Part shown: one piece after another, positions 35,450-44,686 of the stretch
How the letters are laid out: every line of letters starts with the position of its first letter
Numbering within the stretch: the first letter of the stretch is position 1
Assembly: GCA_002296125.1 (NCBI GenBank)
Contig: DBHI01000108.1
Coordinates: 1-52,889 of the forward strand
Length of the DNA: 52,889 bases
Reading direction: 5' to 3'
Source of the DNA: Anaerolineales bacterium UBA832
Lineage (GTDB): Bacteria > Chloroflexota > Anaerolineae > Anaerolineales > UBA11657
Position numbers and translations under genes: made by a program
Notes under the pieces: generated by a model
Database searches by the model: none
Told to the model about the DNA's origin: nothing
What the model saw: only the letters and a program-made list of their open reading frames with translations

Positions 35450-36633
35450 CTTCTATGTCTCCTTTTTGCACTGTTAGTTAATGTTTTACCAAAGGCCTTT
35501 TTAGATATTTCAGTATATATTTGATTTTTGTGCATGCTATTACTGATCATTTGGTCAAGGTATTGTTTTTCTTCCCATGTTACTACTGCTAGTTCATGTG
35601 ATCTCATTAGTACATATGGATATCCGTTTCCAAAACTTGATTGTTCAACAATACTAGAATGTATAATCGACAGTTTGTCAGGTTGTTGTGTTACCCATTC
35701 AGGCACTTCTACTCTGAGAATAACAGGTTCATTGATTGTACCAGTATTTACATAAAAGAACATTATTTTTTGTCCAGCTGGCATGTAACTCTTCAAGTTT
35801 TGTGGTGAAGCATTAACAAATATAGCACTTCTTTCACCAGGTCTAAGGAAATTAAAAAGCATACGATCTGTGAGTTGGTTGTATGGATATAAACTACGTA
35901 TTTCGTCCTCATTAAATGAAGTGTCTTTTATATCATGAAGTTTAAGAAGTCGTAATACATTAGCAGCTCTTGGTCTGCTTATTACACCTGCAATGCAGGC
36001 GCCTGTAGATTCGATCTTGATCAATGTGTCTAAATATTCTTGCAACATTTCAGCAGATTGAGAATTTTCTCGAGTTTGTAGACCCAGATATAGTAGCAGA
36101 CCATTATCTAGCATTAACACAGTAGGATTGTTTTGATCTTCTCTAGTTGCAAGTTTAGATAATTCTTGTAATTCTATAATGTCTCGTTTAGCATTTATTA
36201 TGGCATTCGAGATCAGAGATCCATTAGGATATATATCATGGTCTTGATAGAATAAATGTGGTTGAGAACTACAATAAGGTGCTTCATTTGATCCATGACT
36301 AAACACTATACTTCCAGTGTTAATCAAAAAATACATTGCTTTCCCATGTCTATCGGGATAAATTTGTGATCCATCTGTCGCAATAATATTGGCTATTTGT
36401 GGCTGTGCTGGGCATTCAAATGAGGAGTTAATAGGTTCTTTTGTAGGTATTGCTCCGGTCCAATTTAATGATATTGCTTTTGTAATTTTCTGTTGTAAAA
36501 GATCATCATTGACAAATTGTTCTAATGTATTTTTCGCTGTTTTATGTTTATCTTGTATTTCTATATGTTTAGATGCCAATGTGGTGCTCATTGCTTTTAC
36601 ATCTGATGTTACTTTGTTTAATTCAAGTCCCAT
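35446..36633 (-). CDS. NurA-domain nuclease-like protein
   Basis: Motif series seen by eye: IIATDGSQIY, AKRDIIELQEL, VLMLDNGLL, GVISRPRA, ILRVEVPEWV, GYPYVLMRSHELAVV. This matches the NurA (RNase H-like fold) D-E-D-H pattern. Confidence 0.65.
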   Translation of the reverse strand: MGLELNKVTSDVKAMSTTLASKHIEIQDKHKTAKNTLEQFVNDDLLQQKITKAISLNWTGAIPTKEPINSSFECPAQPQIANIIATDGSQIYPDRHGKAMYFLINTGSIVFSHGSNEAPYCSSQPHLFYQDHDIYPNGSLISNAIINAKRDIIELQELSKLATREDQNNPTVLMLDNGLLLYLGLQTRENSQSAEMLQEYLDTLIKIESTGACIAGVISRPRAANVLRLLKLHDIKDTSFNEDEIRSLYPYNQLTDRMLFNFLRPGERSAIFVNASPQNLKSYMPAGQKIMFFYVNTGTINEPVILRVEVPEWVTQQPDKLSIIHSSIVEQSSFGNGYPYVLMRSHELAVVTWEEKQYLDQMISNSMHKNQIYTEISKKAFGKTLTNSAKRRHRR

Positions 36634-36714
36634 GTGATTGTTTTTTATTATTTGGTTTGAATAAAAGTTAAGGTGTTATAAATAAATTAGTTTTAGTTTT
36701 TCTTGATTGAAGAG

Positions 36715-36723
36715 ATTATAGCA
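36715..36723 (-). promoter_or_regulatory. candidate extended -10 (TGCTATAAT) upstream of the NurA-like gene
   Basis: Plus-strand attatagca at 36715-36723 reads TGCTATAAT on the minus strand. It overlaps an 8-bp inverted repeat, tatagcat (36717-36724) / atgctata (36735-42), in the 132-nt gap after livF. Confidence 0.35.
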
Positions 36724-36765
36724 TGCACATCAGAATGCTATATTATGTTTTTGATGCAGGCACAA

Positions 36766-37503
36766 TTAGGTTTCTCCTAAATATGCTTGACGCATCATGC
36801 TGTTGTTTTGTAAACGATGAGCTGTGTCTTTGAGAACTACTGCTCCTGTTTGCAATACATATCCATAATCAGCAATTGATAGTGCCATATTGGCATTTTG
36901 TTCTACCATAAATATAGTGGTACCTTGTTGATTAATTTCTTCAATTATTTTGAAAACTTGTTGTACAAATAAAGGTGATAAACCCATGGATGGTTCATCC
37001 ATCAAAAGCAAAGTTGGTCTTGACATCAATGCTCGGGCCATAGCAAGCATTTGTTGTTCTCCCCCAGACATTGTCCCTCCAAGTTGTTTCAATCGTTCTT
37101 TGAGTCTAGGGAAAAGATCTAACATTTTTTCCATGTCATTTCTTATGTTTTGCTTGTCTTGTCGCAGGAATGCACCCATTTCCAAATTTTCTTTTACTGT
37201 CATTCTGCTAAATATACGTCTGTTTTCAGGTACCATTGATATTCCACGTTCTACCATTTTAGTTGTAGACATTCCAGTTATATCTTCACCTTGGTATATT
37301 ATTCTTCCATGCTTAGGGATTAGCATTCCACTAATAGTTCGTAAAGTAGTTGATTTTCCGCTTGCATTACCACCTAATAGGCATGTGATTTGACCTTCAT
37401 TTATAGTCATGCTTACTTCACGGAGAACTTGAATTTGTCCATAAAATGCATTTATATTTTCAAGTTTTAAAATTGGTTGACTATTATTCATCATCTTTTC
37501 CAA
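36766..37503 (-). CDS. livF: branched-chain amino acid ABC transporter ATP-binding protein
   Basis: Walker A GGNASGKST, signature MSGGEQQMLAMARAL, Walker B LLLMDEPSMGL, C-terminal AYLG. This is the LivF pattern. Confidence 0.9.
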   Translation of the reverse strand: MEKMMNNSQPILKLENINAFYGQIQVLREVSMTINEGQITCLLGGNASGKSTTLRTISGMLIPKHGRIIYQGEDITGMSTTKMVERGISMVPENRRIFSRMTVKENLEMGAFLRQDKQNIRNDMEKMLDLFPRLKERLKQLGGTMSGGEQQMLAMARALMSRPTLLLMDEPSMGLSPLFVQQVFKIIEEINQQGTTIFMVEQNANMALSIADYGYVLQTGAVVLKDTAHRLQNNSMMRQAYLGET

Positions 37504-37516
37504 TTAATTATGATCT

Positions 37517-38296
37517 TTAATTGTCTGATCTACCTAAATATGCTTCTATTACTCGATCATCATTGGCAACAGTATAATAATCTCCTTCAGCAATTTTGCC
37601 ACCATAGTCCATAGCAATTACATGGTCTGATACATCCTTTACGACTTGCATGTCATGTTCAATTACCAGAATGCTAAAACCTCTTTCGTCTCTGAGACGT
37701 CCTATAAGATTGGCAATTTCAATAGTTTCTTTGGGATTCATCCCAGCTGCTGGTTCATCCAATAGTAACAATTGTGCTTCTGTACTCATCGCTCTAGCAA
37801 TTTCAAGTCTTCTGCGGTTAGCATATGAAAGTACTGAGGCTGGTTGATTCATTCGGTATCCAGATAATCTAGAACCAAAAAATTCTAATTGATTTTTGGC
37901 ATACTGTTTGATATGTTCTTCTTCTTTTATATGATCAGATGATTGTAAGATTGCTCCAATTACACCACTGTTAGTACGGCAATGTTGTCCTATCATGGCA
38001 TTTTCTAAGATAGTCATATCTGTGAATAGTCGTACGGCTTGGAAAGTACGTGCTATACCTAATTCAGTTATTTGATATGGGGAAAGTCCAACAATATTGT
38101 GTCCATTAAATGTGATTTCACCACTAGTAACTGGGTAAAGTCCTGTAATCAAATTAAAAAAAGTTGTTTTACCTGCACCATTTGGTCCAATGATGCTAAC
38201 TATTTCACCCTGCTTCATATGGAAGTTGAATTGATTTACGGCTGTCAATCCTCCGAAATCTTTGCTTAAGTTTTTACATTCAAAGAAGTGTTTCAA
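37517..38296 (-). CDS. livG: branched-chain amino acid ABC transporter ATP-binding protein
   Basis: Walker A GPNGAGKTT, GIARTFQ, Walker B LLLLDEPAAGMNP, C-terminal VIEAYLG. This is the LivG pattern. Confidence 0.9.
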   Translation of the reverse strand: MKHFFECKNLSKDFGGLTAVNQFNFHMKQGEIVSIIGPNGAGKTTFFNLITGLYPVTSGEITFNGHNIVGLSPYQITELGIARTFQAVRLFTDMTILENAMIGQHCRTNSGVIGAILQSSDHIKEEEHIKQYAKNQLEFFGSRLSGYRMNQPASVLSYANRRRLEIARAMSTEAQLLLLDEPAAGMNPKETIEIANLIGRLRDERGFSILVIEHDMQVVKDVSDHVIAMDYGGKIAEGDYYTVANDDRVIEAYLGRSDN

Positions 38297-38302
38297 ATTA
38301 AT

Positions 38303-40426
38303 TTACCTTTTTACGTGTGAATAGATTGTACTATTTTCTACCCATGCATCTTGTATCAAATCTTGATCTTTAATCATTGTATTGGTATTAGATTTTGGTA
38401 CTAATCCTTCAGGACGTAACAACATCATTACAATTAACAGTGTTCCATATATTAATAGTCTGAATTCTGAGAATTCACGCAATAATTCTGGTAATCCTAC
38501 CAGGACTAGTGCTCCTATAATTACTCCGGTAAGATTTCCTATTCCACCTACAATTATTAAACTTAACGCAGTAATTGATACAAGTACATTAAAACTGTGT
38601 GGGAATATAGTACCTAGCTTAGTTGCAAATATAGCTCCACTTATACTGGCTATCATTGCTCCCATACCAAAAGCAAGTAATTTGTAGTACACAGTATTGA
38701 TACCCATTGTTTCTGCTACCTTTTCATCTGCTTTCATAGCCATCCACGCTCTTCCCACTCTGGAATCTTTTATTCTTACAGAAATAAATAGGGCAATTAG
38801 TGCAAATAATATAATTAAGTAATATATCCTGTGGGGTCCAATGAATTCAATGCTCCCGATACTTATTGGTGGTATTTTTATAATTCCTTGTGCTCCTCCT
38901 AGCCATGGTTTGAACCAATCAGATAGAAATAGGAATCTAGCAATTTCACCAAATCCAAGAGTAACAATTGCAAGATAATCTCCACGCATTCTTAACACAG
39001 GTGTTGCTACTAATATCCCTGTTAATCCTGTGATTACAATAACGATAGGTAGTGCAGCCCAGAATGACAATCCCAATTCTAGAGAGGCTCTAGGTGATGT
39101 TAAGAGTGCTGTAGTATATGCACCAACAGCGAAAAATGCTACATGTCCTAGATCTAATAGTCCAGCATTTCCTACTACTATATTTAAACCAAATCCCATT
39201 AGCATATAAATTCCTATATTGACTAGCACTTCACTTGGAAATACACCTAGCAACATTGGAAGTGACAATAGTAGTGCAGATCCCATAACAATAGAAAAAT
39301 TTCGTTTTGTTTTTATGATTAGGGTTTGATGTTCTAGTTCAGACAAATTGTTTGTATTATATGATTTTGTTTTTCTGAGAGATTTCCACAATATTGATAT
39401 TATGCTGTAGGATATAGATCCGACTAAGATTAGTTCAGAAATCGTAATGATTAAATTGATAATAGATGTACTATTTGCAAACAAGTTTGTTACATTATTG
39501 AATTGATTGTATACAACTATTGCACATTGACCAAGTGTTGCATTAGTTGTTATGTATCCTTCTCTACACAAAGGTAACATGGGTAGATTCTTATCACTGA
39601 TTGCTATAAACCAATATATTCTCAAAAGCAATGTTATAGCTAACATTATGTACATACTTATTCTTAGATTTATAGAATGATAGATAGCTACTAATCGCAT
39701 TGTGTTTTCATATGCTGTTGGTAAATAAGGATAAATACTTGTAGTTATAACTATTAGTATGAAAATTACGATGCTAGCAGTAACAGAAACACCATTTTTA
39801 TCAATAAGAAAATTTAGTAGTATTTTGGGCCAACCATCTTTAGATAATATTATTGTAATAATATCTTGGAACATGCCCAGGATGATGACAGAGGATATTC
39901 CAGCTATTAGTAATAGCCTTAATTTACCAGGTAAGTTGAGAAAAAGTGTTCCAATAAATCCTAATACAACTCCTAATACTAACAAATTCATGGTTGCAGT
40001 ATAGATATCTTTGTCAAATGTTAATATGGTTAATAGTGTTGGTGATGCATTAATAAATATCGGTCGAATGTCTATTTCATTAATGAATACAACAAATATT
40101 GCTAATATTGAACTTATAATTAAACCAGTGAATATGCCAACAAGTAGTTCCCAGAGATAGTTTATGCCATTTGAAGAATGCTTGTATTCAAGTGAGATTT
40201 GTCGAAATTGTTGGATGGTTAGGATTGTGCCACTGAGTGTAATAATTACTAACAAAGTGTGACCCATTGATATTACTTCACTAATAATATCACGTGAATT
40301 AAATTTTTCTACCATGCCAATTAGAGCGACAAAGATACAAATTATTCCTGCATAAACTCCAATTCTGATACATTTGAGTAGATCTTGTTGTATATTATTT
40401 ATTGTTTTATGTTCAGAAGTGTTCAT
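38303..40426 (-). CDS. livM: branched-chain amino acid ABC transporter permease (LivM-type) with a ~370-aa N-terminal polytopic extension
   Basis: The C-terminal ~330 aa carries the LivM core (GLNIVVGNAGLLDLGHVAFFAVGAYT). Residues 1-~373 (39308-40426) add about 8 more hydrophobic helices with no recognisable family. Confidence 0.85.
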   Translation of the reverse strand: MNTSEHKTINNIQQDLLKCIRIGVYAGIICIFVALIGMVEKFNSRDIISEVISMGHTLLVIITLSGTILTIQQFRQISLEYKHSSNGINYLWELLVGIFTGLIISSILAIFVVFINEIDIRPIFINASPTLLTILTFDKDIYTATMNLLVLGVVLGFIGTLFLNLPGKLRLLLIAGISSVIILGMFQDIITIILSKDGWPKILLNFLIDKNGVSVTASIVIFILIVITTSIYPYLPTAYENTMRLVAIYHSINLRISMYIMLAITLLLRIYWFIAISDKNLPMLPLCREGYITTNATLGQCAIVVYNQFNNVTNLFANSTSIINLIITISELILVGSISYSIISILWKSLRKTKSYNTNNLSELEHQTLIIKTKRNFSIVMGSALLLSLPMLLGVFPSEVLVNIGIYMLMGFGLNIVVGNAGLLDLGHVAFFAVGAYTTALLTSPRASLELGLSFWAALPIVIVITGLTGILVATPVLRMRGDYLAIVTLGFGEIARFLFLSDWFKPWLGGAQGIIKIPPISIGSIEFIGPHRIYYLIILFALIALFISVRIKDSRVGRAWMAMKADEKVAETMGINTVYYKLLAFGMGAMIASISGAIFATKLGTIFPHSFNVLVSITALSLIIVGGIGNLTGVIIGALVLVGLPELLREFSEFRLLIYGTLLIVMMLLRPEGLVPKSNTNTMIKDQDLIQDAWVENSTIYSHVKR

Positions 40427-40430
40427 ATGA

Positions 40431-41489
40431 TTATGCTTTTTCTTCAGATAATTTTTCTCCCAGTATGCCTTGTGGTCTAAAAATTAGTACTAATACTAGC
40501 ATGACTATTGCAATAGCATCTTTTAGCTGATTAGCACCAACTATTCCTAGTCCCTGTAACACAAGATTAGGTCCTAATGATTCAAAAATTCCCAGAAAAA
40601 GTCCACCTAACATTGCTCCGGGAATATTTCCAATTCCACCCAATACAGCAGCAGAAAATGCTTTCAGACCCGGTAAGAATCCCATGCTATAGCCAATGCC
40701 TTGTGGTTGATATATTCCCCTAAAGACACCCGCAGCACCTGCTAACATGCCACCTAACATAAATGTAATCACAATAATTTTTTTAACATTTATTCCCATT
40801 AATGCGGCTATTTCTCTATCTTCAGAAACTGCTCTCATTGATTTTCCTACTTTAGTTTTTTCTACAAACCAATAGAGTATTAACATAATCAAAAGTGCTG
40901 CTACAGCTACAACGATTTGCACTACTTGTATAGTAGTAGTACCAATTGTCCATTTCCCCCAAATTGTTCCAAAGTCCGGATAAGTTTTGAATCCTGTACC
41001 AAAAAAACCACGAAAAGAATACTGCAAGAAAAAAGATGCTCCAATAGCGGTGATTAATGCAACTATACGTGGTGCATTATGTAGTTTTCTATATGCAATT
41101 TTTTCTAGTAATAAGGCTACTAAAGTAGAGGTAAGCATTGCAGTAATTAACAAAATAACTATAGTAATGATTGGTTGTCTAATTAAGAATCCAGATTTTT
41201 CTAGAGCATTTGCAACAAAGTAAGATACAAATGCCCCTGCCATATACACTTCACCATGGGCAAAATTTATCATTAACATTATTCCATATACAAGTGAGTA
41301 TCCAAGTGCAATTAGAGCATAAATACTTCCTTGAGCCAATCCAGCTACAATTAAACTTATCCAGTTATTAGCAGAATATTTACCAGAAATAATTGTATTA
41401 GCAACTCCCCAGAGTATTAGTATAATAACTAATATTCTAATACCCCAGAGTATGATATTAACCCATGAAATTTTGTTGGTGTTTGGCAT
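40431..41489 (-). CDS. livH: branched-chain amino acid ABC transporter permease
   Basis: GSIYALIALGYSLVYGIMLMINFAHGEVYM is the LivH signature. About 9 TMs. Confidence 0.9.
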   Translation of the reverse strand: MPNTNKISWVNIILWGIRILVIILILWGVANTIISGKYSANNWISLIVAGLAQGSIYALIALGYSLVYGIMLMINFAHGEVYMAGAFVSYFVANALEKSGFLIRQPIITIVILLITAMLTSTLVALLLEKIAYRKLHNAPRIVALITAIGASFFLQYSFRGFFGTGFKTYPDFGTIWGKWTIGTTTIQVVQIVVAVAALLIMLILYWFVEKTKVGKSMRAVSEDREIAALMGINVKKIIVITFMLGGMLAGAAGVFRGIYQPQGIGYSMGFLPGLKAFSAAVLGGIGNIPGAMLGGLFLGIFESLGPNLVLQGLGIVGANQLKDAIAIVMLVLVLIFRPQGILGEKLSEEKA

Positions 41490-41727
41490 ACTACATGTTG
41501 TTAGTTGTTAGAAAAAGGCATTATAAATATGCTTTGTATTGTCATTGGTTCCCTGCTGTTGTGAATTTGATGGAACACAAAATTGAACACGTTGTTCCTT
41601 TCGTAACTTACAAGTATAAAATATGCTAAAGTATATGAGTATTTTTGAAGTGTATCATCAATTGTTGTGTCTAGTCAAATAGAATCTATCAGATTTATTT
41701 GCAAGCAATTATGTGATGTCATTTGAA

Positions 41728-41736
41728 TGTTAGAAT
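41728..41736 (+). promoter_or_regulatory. candidate extended -10 (TGTTAGAAT)
   Basis: TG at 41728-41729 and TAGAAT at 41731-41736, followed by AGGAGG (41746-41751) and ATG 41755. Confidence 0.4.
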
Positions 41737-41754
41737 ATATTTGTTAGGAGGAAA

Positions 41755-42687
41755 ATGAAAGAATTAATCAATACAAATATTGCCAATGAACCAGTGTTAA
41801 AAACACATATTTTGCACACTTCTCATTTAAATGAGGTTACCAATTGTGAAGTTTATCTTGTGAGTGAATTGTGTCAGGTTACTGGATCGTTTAAATTTAG
41901 AGCAGCATGGAACGTTGTAAGCAAAGTTGATAATATAGGTTTTTTGGCTGCTTCCTCTGGGAATTTTGGTCAAGCTCTAGCTTGTGCATCTCAAATGCAA
42001 GGTCGAAAATGTACAGTTGTGATGCCAGATAATTCAGCACGCGTGAAAATTAATGCAGTTAAATCATATGGTGCAAATGTAGATCTAATTGATGTTAATC
42101 AAATTTCTCGATCTGATAGAGTATTAGAACTGGCTAGACTAATGCCAGATTATTATGTATGCAGTGCTTATGATGACCAATATGTTGTTGAAGGTAATGC
42201 TACTTTAGGAGCAGAGCTGTCATTAATGCTTCCCGATCTTGATGCTATTATTGTTCCTATAGGAGGAGGTGGTTTGGCTTCAGGCATAATCTATGCTTTG
42301 AGTGATGCAGGTCTTGAAATGGAAGTATGGGGTGCTGAACCTTTAGAAGCAAATGATGCTGCTAAATCATTTCGAACTGGTAAGTTGATGGTTAATGAGG
42401 TTGAACCTAATACTTTGGCTGATGGTGCTCGAACATTAAGTTTAGGCAACTTAAATTTTGATATATTGAGGACGGGATTGAAGGGTATTATAGAAGTTAC
42501 AGAGGATTTAATTCCATTATCTATGAAGCATGCTTATAAATGTGGTTTGCGTCTTGAACCAACAGGTGCTTTATCAATTGCAGCACTGTTAAGTGCAAAG
42601 CATCAATTTAGAAATAAAAAAGTAGGATGTGTGTTAAGTGGAGGAAATGTAGATGATGAGTTGTATTTTGAGCTATTAGGACTATAG
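41755..42687 (+). CDS. PLP-dependent threonine/serine dehydratase or serine-racemase-like enzyme (tryptophan synthase beta superfamily)
   Basis: PLP-lysine motif TGSFKFRAA, ASSGNFGQALA, and glycine loop PIGGGGLASG. Confidence 0.8.
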   Translation: MKELINTNIANEPVLKTHILHTSHLNEVTNCEVYLVSELCQVTGSFKFRAAWNVVSKVDNIGFLAASSGNFGQALACASQMQGRKCTVVMPDNSARVKINAVKSYGANVDLIDVNQISRSDRVLELARLMPDYYVCSAYDDQYVVEGNATLGAELSLMLPDLDAIIVPIGGGGLASGIIYALSDAGLEMEVWGAEPLEANDAAKSFRTGKLMVNEVEPNTLADGARTLSLGNLNFDILRTGLKGIIEVTEDLIPLSMKHAYKCGLRLEPTGALSIAALLSAKHQFRNKKVGCVLSGGNVDDELYFELLGL

Positions 42688-42726
42688 TTATTATATGTAT
42701 TTCAGTATTGTTGTTGGAATAATTTT

Positions 42727-43104
42727 ATGAAAACACTTCTTATTCGTTGGAGCGTGAATGTAGTATCCATATGGGTAGTGCAACATATTGTAGCAGAAGG
42801 ATTTAATAATATAGGTATGACTGTAAATGCATTTATTATTAATGGGTTAATCTTGACAATAGTAGATTCAATTGTGCGTCCAATCGTTAGACTTGTCACA
42901 TGTCCAATAATTATGGCTACTTTAGGTTTAGGAGGTTTTTTGGTAAATGTTTGTATGTTGCTTTTATCTGGATGGATAGGTTTGCAATTTGGTTATGGGT
43001 TTCAAATTGTGGGATTATTAAATGTTATTTATGCTTCATTAATTTTAATTGTGACGAGGTTTGGTATGAACTTGATACTAAGATTTATAATAAGATCTAA
43101 GTAA
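42727..43104 (+). CDS. DUF360 / phage-holin-4-2 family membrane protein
   Basis: About 125 aa with four TM helices. LILTIVDSIVRPIVRLVTCPIIMATLGLGGFLVN matches the DUF360 core pattern. Confidence 0.7.
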   Translation: MKTLLIRWSVNVVSIWVVQHIVAEGFNNIGMTVNAFIINGLILTIVDSIVRPIVRLVTCPIIMATLGLGGFLVNVCMLLLSGWIGLQFGYGFQIVGLLNVIYASLILIVTRFGMNLILRFIIRSK

Positions 43105-43214
43105 CATATATTGTTATTTTTGTTAATCACAAATTACGTGTAATAGTTGCAAAAAATTTACATTTTTCTTGTATCTGAAGAATACATCAAACACAAGAGT
43201 TTTAGATTTATTAT

Positions 43215-44279
43215 TTATTCAGTAAGTTTGTAGTAAAAATATTTACCTAATATTGACGCAGTTGCCATTAATGGTACTATCAGTAAACCTGCTAGAATAC
43301 CTCCTATTGCAAGTGCTGCTATTACACCTACAAAAATTAAACCAGGATGTAAGCTAAGGCGCGTACTCATGATTTGTGGACGCAACCATATATTTTCTAT
43401 TTGTTGTACTAAAAAGTATAGAGCCGCGACAATAAGCCCAAACCATGGGTTAGGTATGTCCATATATGTAGAGCCTAGTATAAGTCCTACTATTACAGCA
43501 ATCAGACCAGATGCTGTAGGCCCAAGAGATGGTACTATGTCTAATAGTCCAGCTAATACCCCCAATATTACTGCACCAGGTAGTCCTATTGCAATTCCAC
43601 CTAAACCCGCAAGTACACCAACAATTAGCATTAGTAGTAATTGACCTCTTAAGAATGCTCCCCATACATTGTCAATATCTTCCATTAATTGTTCCCATTC
43701 TAACTTAAGTTTGGGAGGTGCAAGATTTAGTAAGTTGTATTTGAGTTTTTTACCATCTTTGAGCAGATAAAATAGTGTTACTAGTGTGATTAGGACCCAT
43801 AGCATATTGTTTGTGAAGGCAGCAATGAAATCTAACGCATTGCCTGCAATATCGTCAATATCTTCTGTATCTATAGATTCTGCAATAAATTGATCTATGT
43901 TTGTAATCCAATTGCTTGGACTCAATGTTATGTCTCCAATAGAAAAAGACCATGATAATGGTATTCCAGGACTATTAAGAAAGCCTATAACAGTTTCTGA
44001 AAAACCGGCTAGTTGACGAATCAAATATGGAGCTGCAATTACGGGGATTGCAATTAAGATTATCGTTAGTAAAGAGTATACAAGTATTACAGCAAGAGTG
44101 TGACTCATACGTGATTTATCACATAGCCAACTTATCATGGGATTTAATGTGAATGCCAGCAGTGCAGCAATGATGATGGGACTAATAAGTGATCGTCCCA
44201 TCCATACTATCCATATAATAATTAAACTAAGGATAATAATTACTGTATATTTAGTGGATGAATTCCATTTATTATTCAT
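43215..44279 (-). CDS. AI-2E family transporter (PerM/UPF0118)
   Basis: About 8 TMs and the conserved C-terminal core IPNPWFGLIVAALYFLVQQIENIWLRPQIM. Confidence 0.85.
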   Translation of the reverse strand: MNNKWNSSTKYTVIIILSLIIIWIVWMGRSLISPIIIAALLAFTLNPMISWLCDKSRMSHTLAVILVYSLLTIILIAIPVIAAPYLIRQLAGFSETVIGFLNSPGIPLSWSFSIGDITLSPSNWITNIDQFIAESIDTEDIDDIAGNALDFIAAFTNNMLWVLITLVTLFYLLKDGKKLKYNLLNLAPPKLKLEWEQLMEDIDNVWGAFLRGQLLLMLIVGVLAGLGGIAIGLPGAVILGVLAGLLDIVPSLGPTASGLIAVIVGLILGSTYMDIPNPWFGLIVAALYFLVQQIENIWLRPQIMSTRLSLHPGLIFVGVIAALAIGGILAGLLIVPLMATASILGKYFYYKLTE

Positions 44280-44308
44280 AGTCTAATTTGGCTATAAAAT
44301 ACTATATT

Positions 44309-44662
44309 CTATTCTGGTTTTCTCATACCATAAATATTGTTTACAGGTACAGTAAATAAAAATCCAGTATCCGGAGTTGATAGTCCTCCTGTAATTTCTT
44401 CTGCCGCTTCAATGAGATTGTCTAGCAATGTTTCATCATCTACGACTGTAAAAAATGTACAATGGTGATTTGTTTGAGATTTCAGTATATCTGCAAGACC
44501 CAAATAGAACGGTAAATCAGACATTTGTGCTGCATTACTTATATTGCCAATGCCTGTTGTATTGATGCAAGTAATTCCTCTTGCTCCTGCTGAGTCCCAT
44601 GCTTCTAGTAAGTCAGCTGATTTATCTATATCATTCAATATAAAAACGATAAGTTGTTTCAT
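44309..44662 (-). CDS. P-II-like small signalling-fold protein (tentative)
   Basis: 117 aa. It aligns by eye with the beta-alpha-beta-beta-alpha-beta layout of P-II (MKQLIVFI...GARGITCINTTGIG...TFFTVVDDETLLDNLIEAAEEI...GFLFTVPVNNIYG). It lies 24 nt downstream of the antiporter gene. Confidence 0.45.
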   Translation of the reverse strand: MKQLIVFILNDIDKSADLLEAWDSAGARGITCINTTGIGNISNAAQMSDLPFYLGLADILKSQTNHHCTFFTVVDDETLLDNLIEAAEEITGGLSTPDTGFLFTVPVNNIYGMRKPE

Positions 44663-44686
44663 TTTTATTATCCTATTTTGATTACA

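Noticed and set aside
36950-37393. 147-aa plus-strand ORF from the track
   Set aside because: It lies entirely antisense within livF, whose Walker and signature motifs are unambiguous. The same reasoning applies to the other antisense ORFs inside livG/livM/livH (37650-37847, 38072-38269, 38382-38687, 39759-40004, 40987-41223).
41495-41635. ~46-codon plus-strand ORF in the liv/dehydratase intergenic region
   Set aside because: It has no SD, begins within a few nt of the livH start codon on the opposite strand, and has a non-protein-like composition. It is probably fortuitous.
42900-43100. 66-aa ORF in an alternative frame within the DUF360 gene
   Set aside because: It is fully contained in the same-strand 125-aa membrane protein gene, which has the family-typical sequence. 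There is no independent start signal.
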